From: Candidatus Altiarchaeota archaeon
GTDB lineage: Archaea > SpSt-1190 > DYHY01
Reading direction: 5' to 3'
Length of the DNA stretch: 40,710 nt
Assembly: GCA_030622515.1 (NCBI GenBank)
Contig: JAUXGB010000002.1
Span: forward strand, 1-40,710
Program-made: the position numbers and the translations under genes
Part shown: positions 9,745 through 19,260 of the stretch, piece after piece
Numbering within the stretch: position 1 is the first letter of the stretch
Layout: every line of letters starts with the position of its first letter
Notes under the pieces: model-generated
The model's input: only the letters and a program-made list of their open reading frames with translations
Database searches by the model: none
What the model was told of the DNA's origin: nothing

Positions 9745-9775
9745 CAGTTTGGAACGGCGTCTGACATTTAAATAG

Positions 9776-10549
9776 TTACATGAAAACCCGCTGAAGCACG
9801 ACAACGAAAACTAGGTTAACGACAGCCAAAGCAATAAGCTTGCTCACATCCCGCGTAATGTACTTGAACGCCTTGCCTCTGATTCCGTGTCTGGTAATTC
9901 CTGCCGACATTATCCCCCCAGCAATCCCTGCAATGTGGTAGGCAAGCAGCTCAGGCAAGATTAACAGGAGAAGTATCGGGCTATTTCCCGCAGGGTCAAG
10001 CGCGACCATGCCAAGAAGGACTCCTGCGACTGAAGCGTTCCAAGTGAGGACAAATGCAATGCCGCCGCCAAAGACAAGAGCCACGATGAAGGTTGAAACA
10101 AGAATCACGAGATTGCTTGCAAATGAAGTTATTGGATGGGCCTGTTCCAAAGCTGATAGCTCACTAATTCCCTCAAACTGAATTTCGAAGATGCTGTGAG
10201 CCGACGGAGGCAAGACAAAATAAAACATGGCGAAGACACAGACAATTGCAAAAAAGTAGGTAAGGAGAAACTGTATGGCCGGCTCGTGCTCTTCAAGGAA
10301 GCGACCTTCATATCCTTTTTTTGCGGCAAGGTAAGCCTTTTTTTCCTCCTTTCCAAGCACCTTTGTCAGCAAGGTGACAGTTGCAACACTTATCAGGGCA
10401 ATTGCAAAAATGCTTGCACTCTTGTTGAAGAGGGTATGGCTCATTGTCAATGCGACACAGCCAATCAGGAATGCGAAGAAGAAATCCCTGAGAAAGTCTT
10501 TTTCTGCCCACTTAGCCGAAAGGCTTGCCTCAAGTACCATATGGGACAT
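9776..10549 (-). CDS. SpoIIM-like multi-pass membrane protein
   Basis: About 7 hydrophobic helices; LTWNASVAG and LPELLAY..AGIAGG. Confidence 0.75.
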   Translation of the reverse strand: MSHMVLEASLSAKWAEKDFLRDFFFAFLIGCVALTMSHTLFNKSASIFAIALISVATVTLLTKVLGKEEKKAYLAAKKGYEGRFLEEHEPAIQFLLTYFFAIVCVFAMFYFVLPPSAHSIFEIQFEGISELSALEQAHPITSFASNLVILVSTFIVALVFGGGIAFVLTWNASVAGVLLGMVALDPAGNSPILLLLILPELLAYHIAGIAGGIMSAGITRHGIRGKAFKYITRDVSKLIALAVVNLVFVVVLQRVFM

Positions 10550-10648
10550 AATGGGCTGTTTGGCTATAATTGAGTTGCTAGAAGCATCAACCTTTAAAAA
10601 CCCCCTCCTACCATTTAACCTCCCAATTATGATAAAAGGTGATTAAAA

Positions 10649-12295
10649 ATGACTAAGAAACTACAAGGCCAGCAGCCTATGGTTATTATGGGCGACGAAG
10701 CCCAAAGGATTCTGGGACGAGATGCCCAGAGGATGAATATTCTTGCCGCACGAGCAGTCGGCGAGGTTGTTAAGACGACATTGGGTCCAAAAGGAATGGA
10801 CAAAATGCTTGTCGACACGCTGGGTGACATTGTTGTCACAGGCGATGGTGTCACAATTCTGAAGGAAATGGAAATTGAGCACCCTGCAGCCAAGATGGTT
10901 GTGGAAGTCGCAAAGACACAGGAAGATATTGTCGGTGACGGGACAACAACAGCTGTCATCCTGACAGGCGAGCTGCTTCGCAGGGCCGAGGAACTGCTTA
11001 ACCAGAATATCCACCCTTCCATAATTGTCAACGGCTACAGGATGGCTGCAGCCAAGGCCCAGGAGGTTTTGGAGAAAAACGCACGCGACATAAAGATAAG
11101 CGACAAGAAGATATTTGTGGACATCGCAGTAACCACCATGAAGGGCAGGGTAACTGAGGCCTCAAGCGACCACCTTGCAAAACTTGTCGTTGACGGCGTC
11201 TCAAAGATTGCCGAGACGGAAAATTCCAACCCGAAAGTCAATATAGACAACCTTAAGGTTGAGAAAAAGGCAGGCGGGAGCCTGGACGACAGCGAGCTGA
11301 TTAGCGGGATAATTGTCGATAAGGAGCGGGTCCACTCAGGTATGCCAACTAGGGTGGAAAACGCAAAAATCGCCCTTGTCAACTCGGCTTTGGAGATTGA
11401 GAAGACTGAGACAGACGCCTCAATCAGGATAACTTCCCCTGAGCAGCTTGAAGCCTTCATGATGAAGGAAGAGGACATGCTTAAGAAAATGGTTGACAAG
11501 ATTGCTGCAACAGGTGCGACCGTCCTCTTTGTCCAGAAGGGAATCGACGATTTGGCCCAGCACTATCTCTCGAAGAAGGGCATCCTTGCCGTCAGGCGGG
11601 TGAAGGAAAGTGATATGACGAAATTGTCCAGAGCTACAGGCGCAAAAATTGCCACAAGCCTAGACGACCTGTCGAAAAGCGACCTTGGCCACTCAAAGAT
11701 TGTCAAGGAGGAGAAGCTTGCCGGGGACTCCATGATTTTTGTCAGGGAGTGCAGGAACCCGAAAGCCGTTACCATCCTTATCAGGGGCGGGACAGAGCAC
11801 ATTATTGACGAGGCTGAGAGAAGCATTTCCGATGCCATAAAGGTTGTTGGAAAGAGTTTCGAGGAGCATAAGATTGTTTCAGGCGGCGGAGCCCCTGAGA
11901 TAGAAGTTGCCCTCGCCCTCAAGAAGTACGCTCCAAAGGTTGGCGGAAGGGAACAGCTTGCCATTGAGGCCTTTTCTGCAGCAATGGAAATCATCCCAAG
12001 GACCCTGGCTGAGAATGGCGGCCTTGACCCTATCGACATTCTTGTAAGCCTGAAGGCGGCCCATGAGAAAGGTCAAACTGAAGCTGGTGTCGATGTGCTT
12101 GAGGGAAAGATAGCCAATCTTGGCAAGAAAGGGATTATCGAACCGCTGCTTGTGAAGACTCAGGCCATTAAGTCAGCAAGCGAGACTGCAATGATGATTC
12201 TCAAGATAGATGATGTCATTGCCGCAGGCGAACTGAAAGGAGGCGGGCCACCGCCAGGAATGCCACCCGGAATGGGCGGAATGCCCGGAATGTAG
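10649..12295 (+). CDS. ths: Thermosome subunit (group II chaperonin)
   Basis: [29 protein letters not shown] tail; AGGTGA Shine-Dalgarno. Confidence 0.97.
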   Translation: MTKKLQGQQPMVIMGDEAQRILGRDAQRMNILAARAVGEVVKTTLGPKGMDKMLVDTLGDIVVTGDGVTILKEMEIEHPAAKMVVEVAKTQEDIVGDGTTTAVILTGELLRRAEELLNQNIHPSIIVNGYRMAAAKAQEVLEKNARDIKISDKKIFVDIAVTTMKGRVTEASSDHLAKLVVDGVSKIAETENSNPKVNIDNLKVEKKAGGSLDDSELISGIIVDKERVHSGMPTRVENAKIALVNSALEIEKTETDASIRITSPEQLEAFMMKEEDMLKKMVDKIAATGATVLFVQKGIDDLAQHYLSKKGILAVRRVKESDMTKLSRATGAKIATSLDDLSKSDLGHSKIVKEEKLAGDSMIFVRECRNPKAVTILIRGGTEHIIDEAERSISDAIKVVGKSFEEHKIVSGGGAPEIEVALALKKYAPKVGGREQLAIEAFSAAMEIIPRTLAENGGLDPIDILVSLKAAHEKGQTEAGVDVLEGKIANLGKKGIIEPLLVKTQAIKSASETAMMILKIDDVIAAGELKGGGPPPGMPPGMGGMPGM

Positions 12296-12350
12296 GCAAT
12301 TAACCTTTCCAGAGTGACAAACTTATTTAAAGCCCGAGTTCTCTCTAGAG

Positions 12351-12432
12351 CTTGGTGATGCCTCACCAATGAGGGGAAGAGCAAAAGTTTTAAGCCACAA
12401 ACTTTCCCCCGCTCTCCCCCCACCCATTTTTT
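12351..12432. ncRNA. Candidate small structured RNA (two hairpins), strand uncertain
   Basis: TTGGTGA/TCACCAA; GGGGAAGAGC/GCTCTCCCCC enclosing AAAGTTT/AAACTTT; TTATTTAAA upstream and a T6 tract downstream on +. Confidence 0.45.
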
Positions 12433-12470
12433 AAACAAAACTTAAAACCTCCAAGTGTTTAAACTAGGAT

Positions 12471-12662
12471 ATGGCAGAAGATTGGGAGTTTATCTCCGCA
12501 GAGAGGAAAGAGAAGCTTAAGCGAAAGAAAAAGCATAAGAAAGTTGCCGCCAAGCGCCCCCCTGGAGAGTATCTTGAAGACGTCTTTGACGAAAGCAACA
12601 TAAAAGGAGACAAGAGCGATAAGCGCGACAACCTGGAAAGCTACAAACAGCTGGTCTTCTAG
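12471..12662 (+). CDS. Small Lys-rich hypothetical protein
   Basis: 63-aa ORF with CTTAAAA box about 28 nt upstream. Confidence 0.65.
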   Translation: MAEDWEFISAERKEKLKRKKKHKKVAAKRPPGEYLEDVFDESNIKGDKSDKRDNLESYKQLVF

Positions 12663-12704
12663 ATTCAGAAACCCCTAAATACCCAACCTGCCTATTTTCA
12701 CAGT

Positions 12705-14006
12705 ATGCCATACTCTCCAAAAGTCAGGAAACTCCTCGGCAAGGCAAAAGAGGGCGACAAAATCCTTGTCAGTCGAAACGACAAGAGTTCCACCGGCATC
12801 CTAATGCCCTGCTCTGACTCATCTCCAGACACAATAGTCCTTAAGCTTGAAAATGGCTACAATATCTCGGTCAGAGCTTCCAACGCAAAGGTCAAGTTAA
12901 CCAAAGCCGGCCAGCCAGTCAAGGCGAAAACCGCCAAAATCTCCCACAACCCCGAACTCCCCGGCGTCGCCGTCATTGGCACAGGCGGAACAGTTGCCTC
13001 CCGAGTAAATTACAAAACCGGCGGGGTCAGCGCTGCCTTTAGCCCAACAGACCTTGTCAATTCCTCCCCAAAAATCGTCGACTTTGCCAACATTAAGACA
13101 ATTGACCTGATGAGTGTGATGAGCGAGGATTTGGAGCCAAGCGACTGGCAGAAAATCGCCAAAGCAACGGCAAAAGAGCTCGCCCACGGCGAAGGGGTCG
13201 TCCTTGCCCACGGCACCGACACTATGCACTATACAGCGGCTGCACTGTCCTTCATGCTTCAGAATCTAGGCAAGCCTGTCGTCCTGACCGGTTCCCAACG
13301 GTCGAGCGACCGCGGCTCTTCCGACACCATGCTCAACCTCTTGTGCTCAACCATTCTGGCGACCAGCGACATTGGCGAGGTAATGCTTTGCATGCACGGC
13401 ACAAGCGAAGACACCTACTGCCTTGCCCATCGGGGCACCAAGGTTCGAAAAATGCACACTGAGAGAAGGGACGCCTTCCGCTCAATAAACGACACCCCTC
13501 TTGCAAAAGTCTGGCCCGACGGCAAGCTTGAGCTGCTGCGGCAGGATTTCAACCACTCCAGCTCGAGAAAGGTCAAACTGATGGACAAGCTTGAAAAGAA
13601 GGTCGCCTTGGTAAAGGTCTACCCCGGCCTAAACCCTTCCTACATTGACCACTTCATCTCCAAAAAGTACAAGGGTTTGGTCCTCGAGGGAACCGGCTTT
13701 GGCCACGTGCCAACCAAAGGGTTGGGCAGCATTCTCAAACCAATAAAGAAAGCCATCGACGCCGGCATCAAGGTCGTAGTGACCTCCCAATGCATCTACG
13801 GACGGACCAACGCCTATGTCTACTCCAACCTGAGGAAGGTCTCCTCCCTCGGCGCCATCTACGGAGAAGACATGCTGCCCGAGGTCGCCTATGTAAAATT
13901 AATGTGGGTCCTTGCCAACTATCCAAAAGATGTCGCAGCCAAGATGAAAACCAACATCGCAGGCGAGCTCACCCAAAAAACCGCCTTTAACACCTTCTTA
14001 ATCTAA
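12705..14006 (+). CDS. gatD: Glu-tRNA(Gln) amidotransferase subunit D
   Basis: KLENGYNI, TGGTVASR, HGTDT, SQRSSDRGSSD, KMHT.RRDAF. Confidence 0.96.
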   Translation: MPYSPKVRKLLGKAKEGDKILVSRNDKSSTGILMPCSDSSPDTIVLKLENGYNISVRASNAKVKLTKAGQPVKAKTAKISHNPELPGVAVIGTGGTVASRVNYKTGGVSAAFSPTDLVNSSPKIVDFANIKTIDLMSVMSEDLEPSDWQKIAKATAKELAHGEGVVLAHGTDTMHYTAAALSFMLQNLGKPVVLTGSQRSSDRGSSDTMLNLLCSTILATSDIGEVMLCMHGTSEDTYCLAHRGTKVRKMHTERRDAFRSINDTPLAKVWPDGKLELLRQDFNHSSSRKVKLMDKLEKKVALVKVYPGLNPSYIDHFISKKYKGLVLEGTGFGHVPTKGLGSILKPIKKAIDAGIKVVVTSQCIYGRTNAYVYSNLRKVSSLGAIYGEDMLPEVAYVKLMWVLANYPKDVAAKMKTNIAGELTQKTAFNTFLI

Positions 14007-14067
14007 GACCTCTCTTAAGTGGTTAAACAACGGAAATCTTTATAAACATTCTACCTTTCAGAAACTC

Positions 14068-15084
14068 ATGGCAATCGAACTGGCAAGAAAACCAACCAGA
14101 ACAGTTCTCGAAAGCGAATTTTTCGGCAGACGGGAGCTTCCTGACGCTATGAAAGCGGCAATAAAGCACGCAAAGAAGGGGGGGCTTGTCGCACCAATGT
14201 ACCTCTTGATGACACACTGGCCATACAAAGGGCTGCTGGCGGCCGGAACAGAAGAGCTTTCAGGAATCGACAAAGAAGGGGTATTCACAAATGCAGGCGA
14301 GCCTGTCGTAATAACACTCAACTACGGAAGAGACGGTAACGGCGTCCTCACTCCAAAAATCCTTAGGAAAGCACGCAAACTGCAAGAAAAAGGCCAAGGG
14401 GGCCTGAAGATAGACTATTTAGTCGACCTTGAACGCGTGTTCCCGAACCAAGACGTCATCACCAGTCTTCTTCAGGGCAAGATGCCCGACAAGACAGATA
14501 TACCATTAAGTTCCTACAATAAGCTTTGCAAGGACGGACCTCCTGTGTATAACTTCGAGCGTCACGCAATTGTCACACCGCTCAAAACGAGACAGCAAAC
14601 AACCTCGGGCTACTCTTCAATCACCGACCCCCTTGACGAGGAAGGACATATAACAGACCCGCAGGTAATACTCTACGCAGACGGAAAAAAACCAGCCGAA
14701 GCATTTATCAACAGGGCGAAAACAAACGATAGATGTCTTGGCCTTTGGCACATCTACAACGAAAAAAACTTCGACCTTGAAAAATCGCAGGGCTTTGTGA
14801 CAAGCCTTGGCTGTCACCTTTACTCCAGCCTAGGCTGCGAGCACGGCATCTTCGGCACCGGGTTTATTGGAGTGGCGCAAGATGCGCTGGCTACGTGGGA
14901 GAACGCAAGGCCCGGATTGGCTGTCAAAGACATTCTCAAAGCCGTGACTTCGAAGACAGAAAAGTTCGTCCGTCCCAAAAATCGTGAGGCTTACAACGAA
15001 GTAGTCGAGTCAGCAATTAAGGCTTCCGTGCCCCAATCGGAAGGGCCATGGCGGGACTACGTGAATTTATATCAAGCCCAATAA
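14068..15084 (+). CDS. Hypothetical protein with a DGR-variable-region-like segment
   Basis: 338-aa ORF, TTTATAAA promoter; NNC-codon run at 14809-14859 followed by GFIGVA. Confidence 0.75.
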   Translation: MAIELARKPTRTVLESEFFGRRELPDAMKAAIKHAKKGGLVAPMYLLMTHWPYKGLLAAGTEELSGIDKEGVFTNAGEPVVITLNYGRDGNGVLTPKILRKARKLQEKGQGGLKIDYLVDLERVFPNQDVITSLLQGKMPDKTDIPLSSYNKLCKDGPPVYNFERHAIVTPLKTRQQTTSGYSSITDPLDEEGHITDPQVILYADGKKPAEAFINRAKTNDRCLGLWHIYNEKNFDLEKSQGFVTSLGCHLYSSLGCEHGIFGTGFIGVAQDALATWENARPGLAVKDILKAVTSKTEKFVRPKNREAYNEVVESAIKASVPQSEGPWRDYVNLYQAQ

Positions 15085-15095
15085 TCGAACCCCTT

Positions 15096-15152
15096 TGTTA
15101 AATGATTTAACAGAAAAGCTTAAAAATAACCTCCTTGTTAAATAGTTTAACA
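15096..15152. promoter_or_regulatory. Twin palindromic operator TGTTAAA-N3-TTTAACA flanking the HEPN-MNT TATA box
   Basis: Copies at 15096-15112 and 15136-15152, 40 bp apart; CTTAAAAATA between them. Confidence 0.75.
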
Positions 15153-15505
15153 TGGGCGAGGAAGAGCTGTTTGAAAACCTGATGGAGTTCTGGCAGAGCG
15201 GAGAAGGCCTATTTAAGGAAAGAAAGTTCAACTCCGCAGCAAGCCTCTACTTCAAGGCAATAGTCGCTGCCTGCGACCTGAGCATTTTCAAGAAGCAGAC
15301 CCTTTTTGTCAAAAATCATGACCAACGGTTCAAAATCCTAAGGCTTAACTTCCCACAGGCCTATGAAATCGTAAGCGACCTCTTTTCAACATACACAAGG
15401 GGCTACCGCGCAAGGCTTGGGGAAGATGACGCAGTCAAGATGAGAGGTGGAGTTATTGAAGTTGCCAAGCTTTTCAAGATTGAGCTCAATAGCAAGGAAG
15501 ATTAA
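15152..15505 (+). CDS. HEPN-domain protein
   Basis: Helical 117 aa; A..LYFKA..A.CD and NH..RF pattern; overlaps a nucleotidyltransferase gene. Confidence 0.7.
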   Translation: MGEEELFENLMEFWQSGEGLFKERKFNSAASLYFKAIVAACDLSIFKKQTLFVKNHDQRFKILRLNFPQAYEIVSDLFSTYTRGYRARLGEDDAVKMRGGVIEVAKLFKIELNSKED

Positions 15506-15992
15506 AAATCCAAACATCAAGGACATCGTCCTCTTCGGCTCCTTTGCAAGGGGAAAGCTCCAGCCAAACGACATAGATGTCTGCCTGATTGTAGATGGAG
15601 ATATTGACACAAGCAGGCTTGAAAAGAAATTCGGAGAAAAAGTCCACCTTTCCACTCTGAAGACGTCGTCCTTTCCAAAACGCACCTTGTGGACAACCCT
15701 TCTCAACGAGGGTATCAGCCTGAAGACCGGGAAAAAATTCGCCCAAACCTTAGGCTACACCCCTTCTGTCCTCTACTGGTACGACCTGAAAGGATTCACC
15801 CAGTCTGACAAAGTCCGGTTCTTCTACGCTCTCAAGGGAAGGAACAAAAATGTAGGAATCCTCAAGCAGGTCAAGGGGACAGCCCTTGCCAAAGGCGTCT
15901 TGTCAATCCCTCCGGAACACGACAGCGAGATGCAGCAGTTCTTCCTTGACTGGAAGCTCCCTTTCAACAGGCGACCCCTTCTCTTCGCCTAA
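15447..15992 (+). CDS. Minimal nucleotidyltransferase (MNT) with an extra C-terminal domain
   Basis: LFGSFARG...NDIDV pol-beta motif; C-terminal WYDL...RFFYALKGR domain; start uncertain (15447/15456). Confidence 0.85.
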   Translation: MELLKLPSFSRLSSIARKIKNPNIKDIVLFGSFARGKLQPNDIDVCLIVDGDIDTSRLEKKFGEKVHLSTLKTSSFPKRTLWTTLLNEGISLKTGKKFAQTLGYTPSVLYWYDLKGFTQSDKVRFFYALKGRNKNVGILKQVKGTALAKGVLSIPPEHDSEMQQFFLDWKLPFNRRPLLFA

Positions 15993-16104
15993 GTTCAACA
16001 CGTTTTTGATTTAGTTTTCAAAAAAATCCGCCGGAAGTATATACTGGAAAACATGGATAAGACTGAACGAATGAATATATACCCAAATATAGGGTAATTT
16101 AGTG

Positions 16105-16190
16105 AGTTAGCATCCGGTGGGCAAGTTAAGTTGGGCAACTTAATTTCCGGTTAGCTGAAATCTGTTGGGCAAACAGATTCGTATTTTTTG
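16105..16190 (+). ncRNA. Candidate structured RNA or ftsZ leader with three GGGCAA motifs
   Basis: Stems TTAGC/GCTGA, CCGG/CCGG, AAGTTAAGTT/AACTTAATTT, AATCTGTT/AACAGATT, then T6. Confidence 0.55.
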
Positions 16191-16294
16191 GGTTAAGATA
16201 GAAGTAGCTAGACTAGTATATAGCCATTGCTATAGCGAGAACTATACTTCTTTCTGAAAAATCTAACGATAAACCGATGGGGAAGGTAAAAAAA

Positions 16295-17362
16295 ATGGAC
16301 TTCATCATACAGAACACGGCAAATAAAGAAAGTTCTGGCTCTGACATGGATGTCGGGCAAGCCAGAATAGTTGTAATGGGATGCGGCGGTGCTGGCAACA
16401 ACACAGCTGACAGACTATACCGACTTGGCGTAAAGGGAGCAACTGTCATCGCAATAAACACTGACAAGCTCCATCTTGACGCTAGGGAGGCAGACAAAAA
16501 GCTCTTGATTGGACGAGAGCTAACTAAAGGACTCGGAGCGGGAGGCTACCCTGAAATTGGGCGAGCAGCCACGGAAGAGTCCAGGAACGACATAAAGGAC
16601 TTGCTTAGGAACGCAGACCTGACCTTTGTCACCGCAGGACTTGGTGGCGGGACAGGAACTGGCGCAGCTCCAATAGTTGCCCAGCTTGCAAAAGAGCAAG
16701 GCTCTATCGTCATTGGCGTAGTAACCATGCCGTTCAAGATGGAACGTGCAAGGATTTTCAAGGCCGAGGGCGGACTTTATGAGTTCAGGCAGATAGCTGA
16801 CACAGTTATCGTCATCGACAACAACCGGCTGGTCGAAGTCGCCGGCAAATTGCCGATAGGCCAGGCCTTTGCAGTTGCAGACGAACTGATTGCAACCATG
16901 ATAAAGGGAATTGTCGAGACAATTGCGGTACCGAGCTTAGTAAACCTAGACTATGCTGACGTGAAGGCGATTATGACCAATGGAGGCGTAGCAGTAATAG
17001 GAGTCGGTGAATCAACATCCGAAAACAAGGCGGAAGAGGCTGTAAGAAAAGCCCTAACCAACCCACTGTTGGATGTCTCCTACCAGGGAGCGACAGGCGC
17101 ACTTATCCACATTGTTGGAGGCCCTGACATGACTCTGGAGGAAACTACCCAGATTGGTGAGATGGTAGCGAAAGACCTTGACAGCTCAGCCCAGGTTATC
17201 TGGGGAGCGAGAATTGACCCAGCCCTTGAGGGGACCATCCGTGTGATGACTATCATCACAGGGGTTAAGTCACCACACATCCTTGGGCCAGTCAATGCAA
17301 GGGAGTCTTCCATCGAGACCAAGAAGACAGCCAACACCTTGGGGATACCCCTGCTGGTTTAA
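16295..17362 (+). CDS. ftsZ: Cell division protein FtsZ (FtsZ2-like)
   Basis: [24 protein letters not shown]; ETI..PSL.NLDYAD and LIHI.GGPD resemble archaeal FtsZ2; GGAAGGT Shine-Dalgarno before ATG 16295. Confidence 0.97.
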   Translation: MDFIIQNTANKESSGSDMDVGQARIVVMGCGGAGNNTADRLYRLGVKGATVIAINTDKLHLDAREADKKLLIGRELTKGLGAGGYPEIGRAATEESRNDIKDLLRNADLTFVTAGLGGGTGTGAAPIVAQLAKEQGSIVIGVVTMPFKMERARIFKAEGGLYEFRQIADTVIVIDNNRLVEVAGKLPIGQAFAVADELIATMIKGIVETIAVPSLVNLDYADVKAIMTNGGVAVIGVGESTSENKAEEAVRKALTNPLLDVSYQGATGALIHIVGGPDMTLEETTQIGEMVAKDLDSSAQVIWGARIDPALEGTIRVMTIITGVKSPHILGPVNARESSIETKKTANTLGIPLLV

Positions 17363-17366
17363 ACTC

Positions 17367-17593
17367 AACTTGGGCGGACGGAAGATTATTTTTAGGCCAC
17401 CCCCCTAACTTACCCCCCTCCGTCTGCCCCAAGTCTTGAGCCAGCATTATGCTCAAGCCAGCCTACCCCATCGGATAGGAGGGCGCGAGATGGGCCACCA
17501 CCCATACCAAACTGGTATACACCCCCGACCCACAAAAAGGTTGTCGAACCTTTAATTGGCGGACACCCTACTGACCCTAGGACTCCGCCAATC
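17367..17593 (-). ncRNA. Candidate ~225-nt multi-hairpin ncRNA with GGGGU motifs
   Basis: Six consecutive stems; G-U pairs mostly favour the minus strand; TTTTTAAG box about 20-25 nt upstream. Confidence 0.6.
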
Positions 17594-17640
17594 TTTTTAT
17601 TTTTCAAAAGCCTTAAAAAGCCAGCACTTTTTAGTGGTCT

Positions 17641-18036
17641 ATGGGAGGTCTTGTTAGACAGGTCTGGAACAGGCTTCGATACGGCAAACCATCCGAAAAA
17701 AGATGCCTTTCTCTGGACGACGCCATAGGGTGGGCTTTCCATGACGAAGAATCCGGAGATAGATACAGTGTCAAGGCGCGCATCTCCCACAAAACCCGAG
17801 TGTCTCGCGGTAAAGTACGCATTAACTCGACAGCACCAAAAGGACCAATGGAGAAAGAACTAAGGGATGCTGTCGCACTAACGGACCTAAGGGATGCCGC
17901 TGTCACTTATGAAGTTAGGCGAAATGGAAAAGATAGTTACTTTGAACTGTGCGGTCGGTCGTCCCCATCAGGCGAAAGATCAGAGTATGCTTGGGATGTC
18001 GACATCTCGATATACGCCCAACCTGCCGAAGCATAA
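17641..18036 (+). CDS. Orphan alpha+beta protein (array member 1)
   Basis: TTAAAAA begins 28 nt before the ATG; resembles 18784-19200. Confidence 0.75.
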   Translation: MGGLVRQVWNRLRYGKPSEKRCLSLDDAIGWAFHDEESGDRYSVKARISHKTRVSRGKVRINSTAPKGPMEKELRDAVALTDLRDAAVTYEVRRNGKDSYFELCGRSSPSGERSEYAWDVDISIYAQPAEA

Positions 18037-18076
18037 ACCCTTAAAAACCCGACCGGGAAGGCCTTGAGGAAGCAAG

Positions 18077-18403
18077 ATGTACCTTAAGAAAAGACAAATC
18101 CACAGGACCTACATCAGCAAGGAAGCCAGAGCAGCGCTTGACAGCTACTACGAGACAGGATTTGTGGAAGACCTGAGAGATGCAGTTGTCAAAGATATCG
18201 AGTTCAAAGGGTACAAGGTGAGGAAAGCTGTCCTAAATGTGGACGAGTACACCCCCTACAGCGACAGGGATTTCTTCAAGATGAGCGTTGATGCGGAAAC
18301 GAGAGGACAGGCCGACAACTTCAGATATGATGTTGAATTCGAACTCACAGATTCAGGCCCAAAAGTGCTGAAGCTTGAGGAAGTCGCCGAAGCAACAACC
18401 TAA
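18077..18403 (+). CDS. Orphan alpha+beta protein (array member 2)
   Basis: 108-aa ORF with its own promoter; helix followed by alternating beta pattern. Confidence 0.8.
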   Translation: MYLKKRQIHRTYISKEARAALDSYYETGFVEDLRDAVVKDIEFKGYKVRKAVLNVDEYTPYSDRDFFKMSVDAETRGQADNFRYDVEFELTDSGPKVLKLEEVAEATT

Positions 18404-18435
18404 ACCCTTAAAAAGCCCCCACTTCCTAATGGTAT

Positions 18436-18744
18436 ATGTTACATACAGACCCAGATTTAATTCAGAGCGCATATTTGACAGTAAACAACCACGTTGACCA
18501 AGAGGCCAAAAAACTTGGTTATGCTGGCGGCAGGATTCTCGGGAAAATAGGAAAAGGTTTCCATCTCAACCCCATCGGGCAGGAGAATGGCATGCAGCTT
18601 GCAGAAGCCGATTTCCAGTCAGTTTGCAAAATGTCTAACGGCGTTACAATCGTTGGCCCGAAAAAGCTAACTATCCAGTATGATGAAGCCAAGGTAACGA
18701 TTTACCAACCGCCTGTTGAAGCAGCTCCAGAGAAGATGGAATAA
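18436..18744 (+). CDS. Orphan protein (array member 3)
   Basis: 102-aa ORF; TTAAAAA begins 28 nt before the ATG. Confidence 0.78.
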   Translation: MLHTDPDLIQSAYLTVNNHVDQEAKKLGYAGGRILGKIGKGFHLNPIGQENGMQLAEADFQSVCKMSNGVTIVGPKKLTIQYDEAKVTIYQPPVEAAPEKME

Positions 18745-18783
18745 ATTAAAAACCCTTAAAAATCCCAAAGTCCCCACTCATCT

Positions 18784-19200
18784 ATGGGGAGGCGTGTAAG
18801 CAAGCTTCTAGGCTATCTTTCCCGCCTTTTAGAGCTCCAGAAAGAAGCCTGCCGGGACTGGAGATACGGCGAAGGCCAGAAGCCTTTCGACAGCGCTGTC
18901 AAGGAACTCTGCCACGAGGACGAGCGGAGCCTTTTCCCTTGGAAGCACAAGATAACTGGCGAACTTCTTGGCGATGGTTGGAATTCCCACGTCCCTGTCC
19001 GAAGCGGCCGCGTCGAAGGCGAGCACAAAGCGGTCGAGGCGGCAAGAACGCTTGCCGATGTGATTGTCGGGCCGAAAGCAACAGACCACCTTTGCCATGT
19101 CGAATCAGGCGACGGGTACAGGGAGCTTTCCGGAACAGCAACAAGGGCCAACGGGACCCCAGTGAGCTACTTTCTCAAAGACACATTCCAAAAGTATTAG
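18784..19200 (+). CDS. Orphan protein (array member 4)
   Basis: 138-aa ORF; TTAAAAA begins 28 nt before the ATG. Confidence 0.78.
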   Translation: MGRRVSKLLGYLSRLLELQKEACRDWRYGEGQKPFDSAVKELCHEDERSLFPWKHKITGELLGDGWNSHVPVRSGRVEGEHKAVEAARTLADVIVGPKATDHLCHVESGDGYRELSGTATRANGTPVSYFLKDTFQKY

Positions 19201-19260
19201 CCTGACAGACCATAGCAACCTATATAAATCATAACCCTTTCCAAGTAGCAATAAAGAGGG

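Larger units (their letters stand above)
18034..18766 (+). repeat. Recurring promoter AAACCCTTAAAAA-N-CC (18035, 18402, 18750; variant at 17607)
   Basis: Directly visible 13-bp identical copies ahead of consecutive orphan genes. Confidence 0.8.

Noticed and set aside
12240-12292. GGAATG repeats at the thermosome 3' end
   Set aside because: Ordinary Gly-Met chaperonin tail
12352-12368. Fluoride riboswitch (GGTGATG...TCACC)
   Set aside because: Loop too short and the downstream GAUGAC pseudoknot partner is missing; no fluoride-related gene follows
17410-17790. 126-aa minus-strand ORF (or its 31-aa tail MGGGPSR...)
   Set aside because: Overlaps a promoter-supported plus-strand gene; the Gly-rich tail is explained by G-runs of the structured element
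18034-18766. CRISPR array or integron
   Set aside because: Repeats are only 13 bp, 350-430 bp apart and coincide with TATA boxes; no cas genes, integrase or attC hairpins
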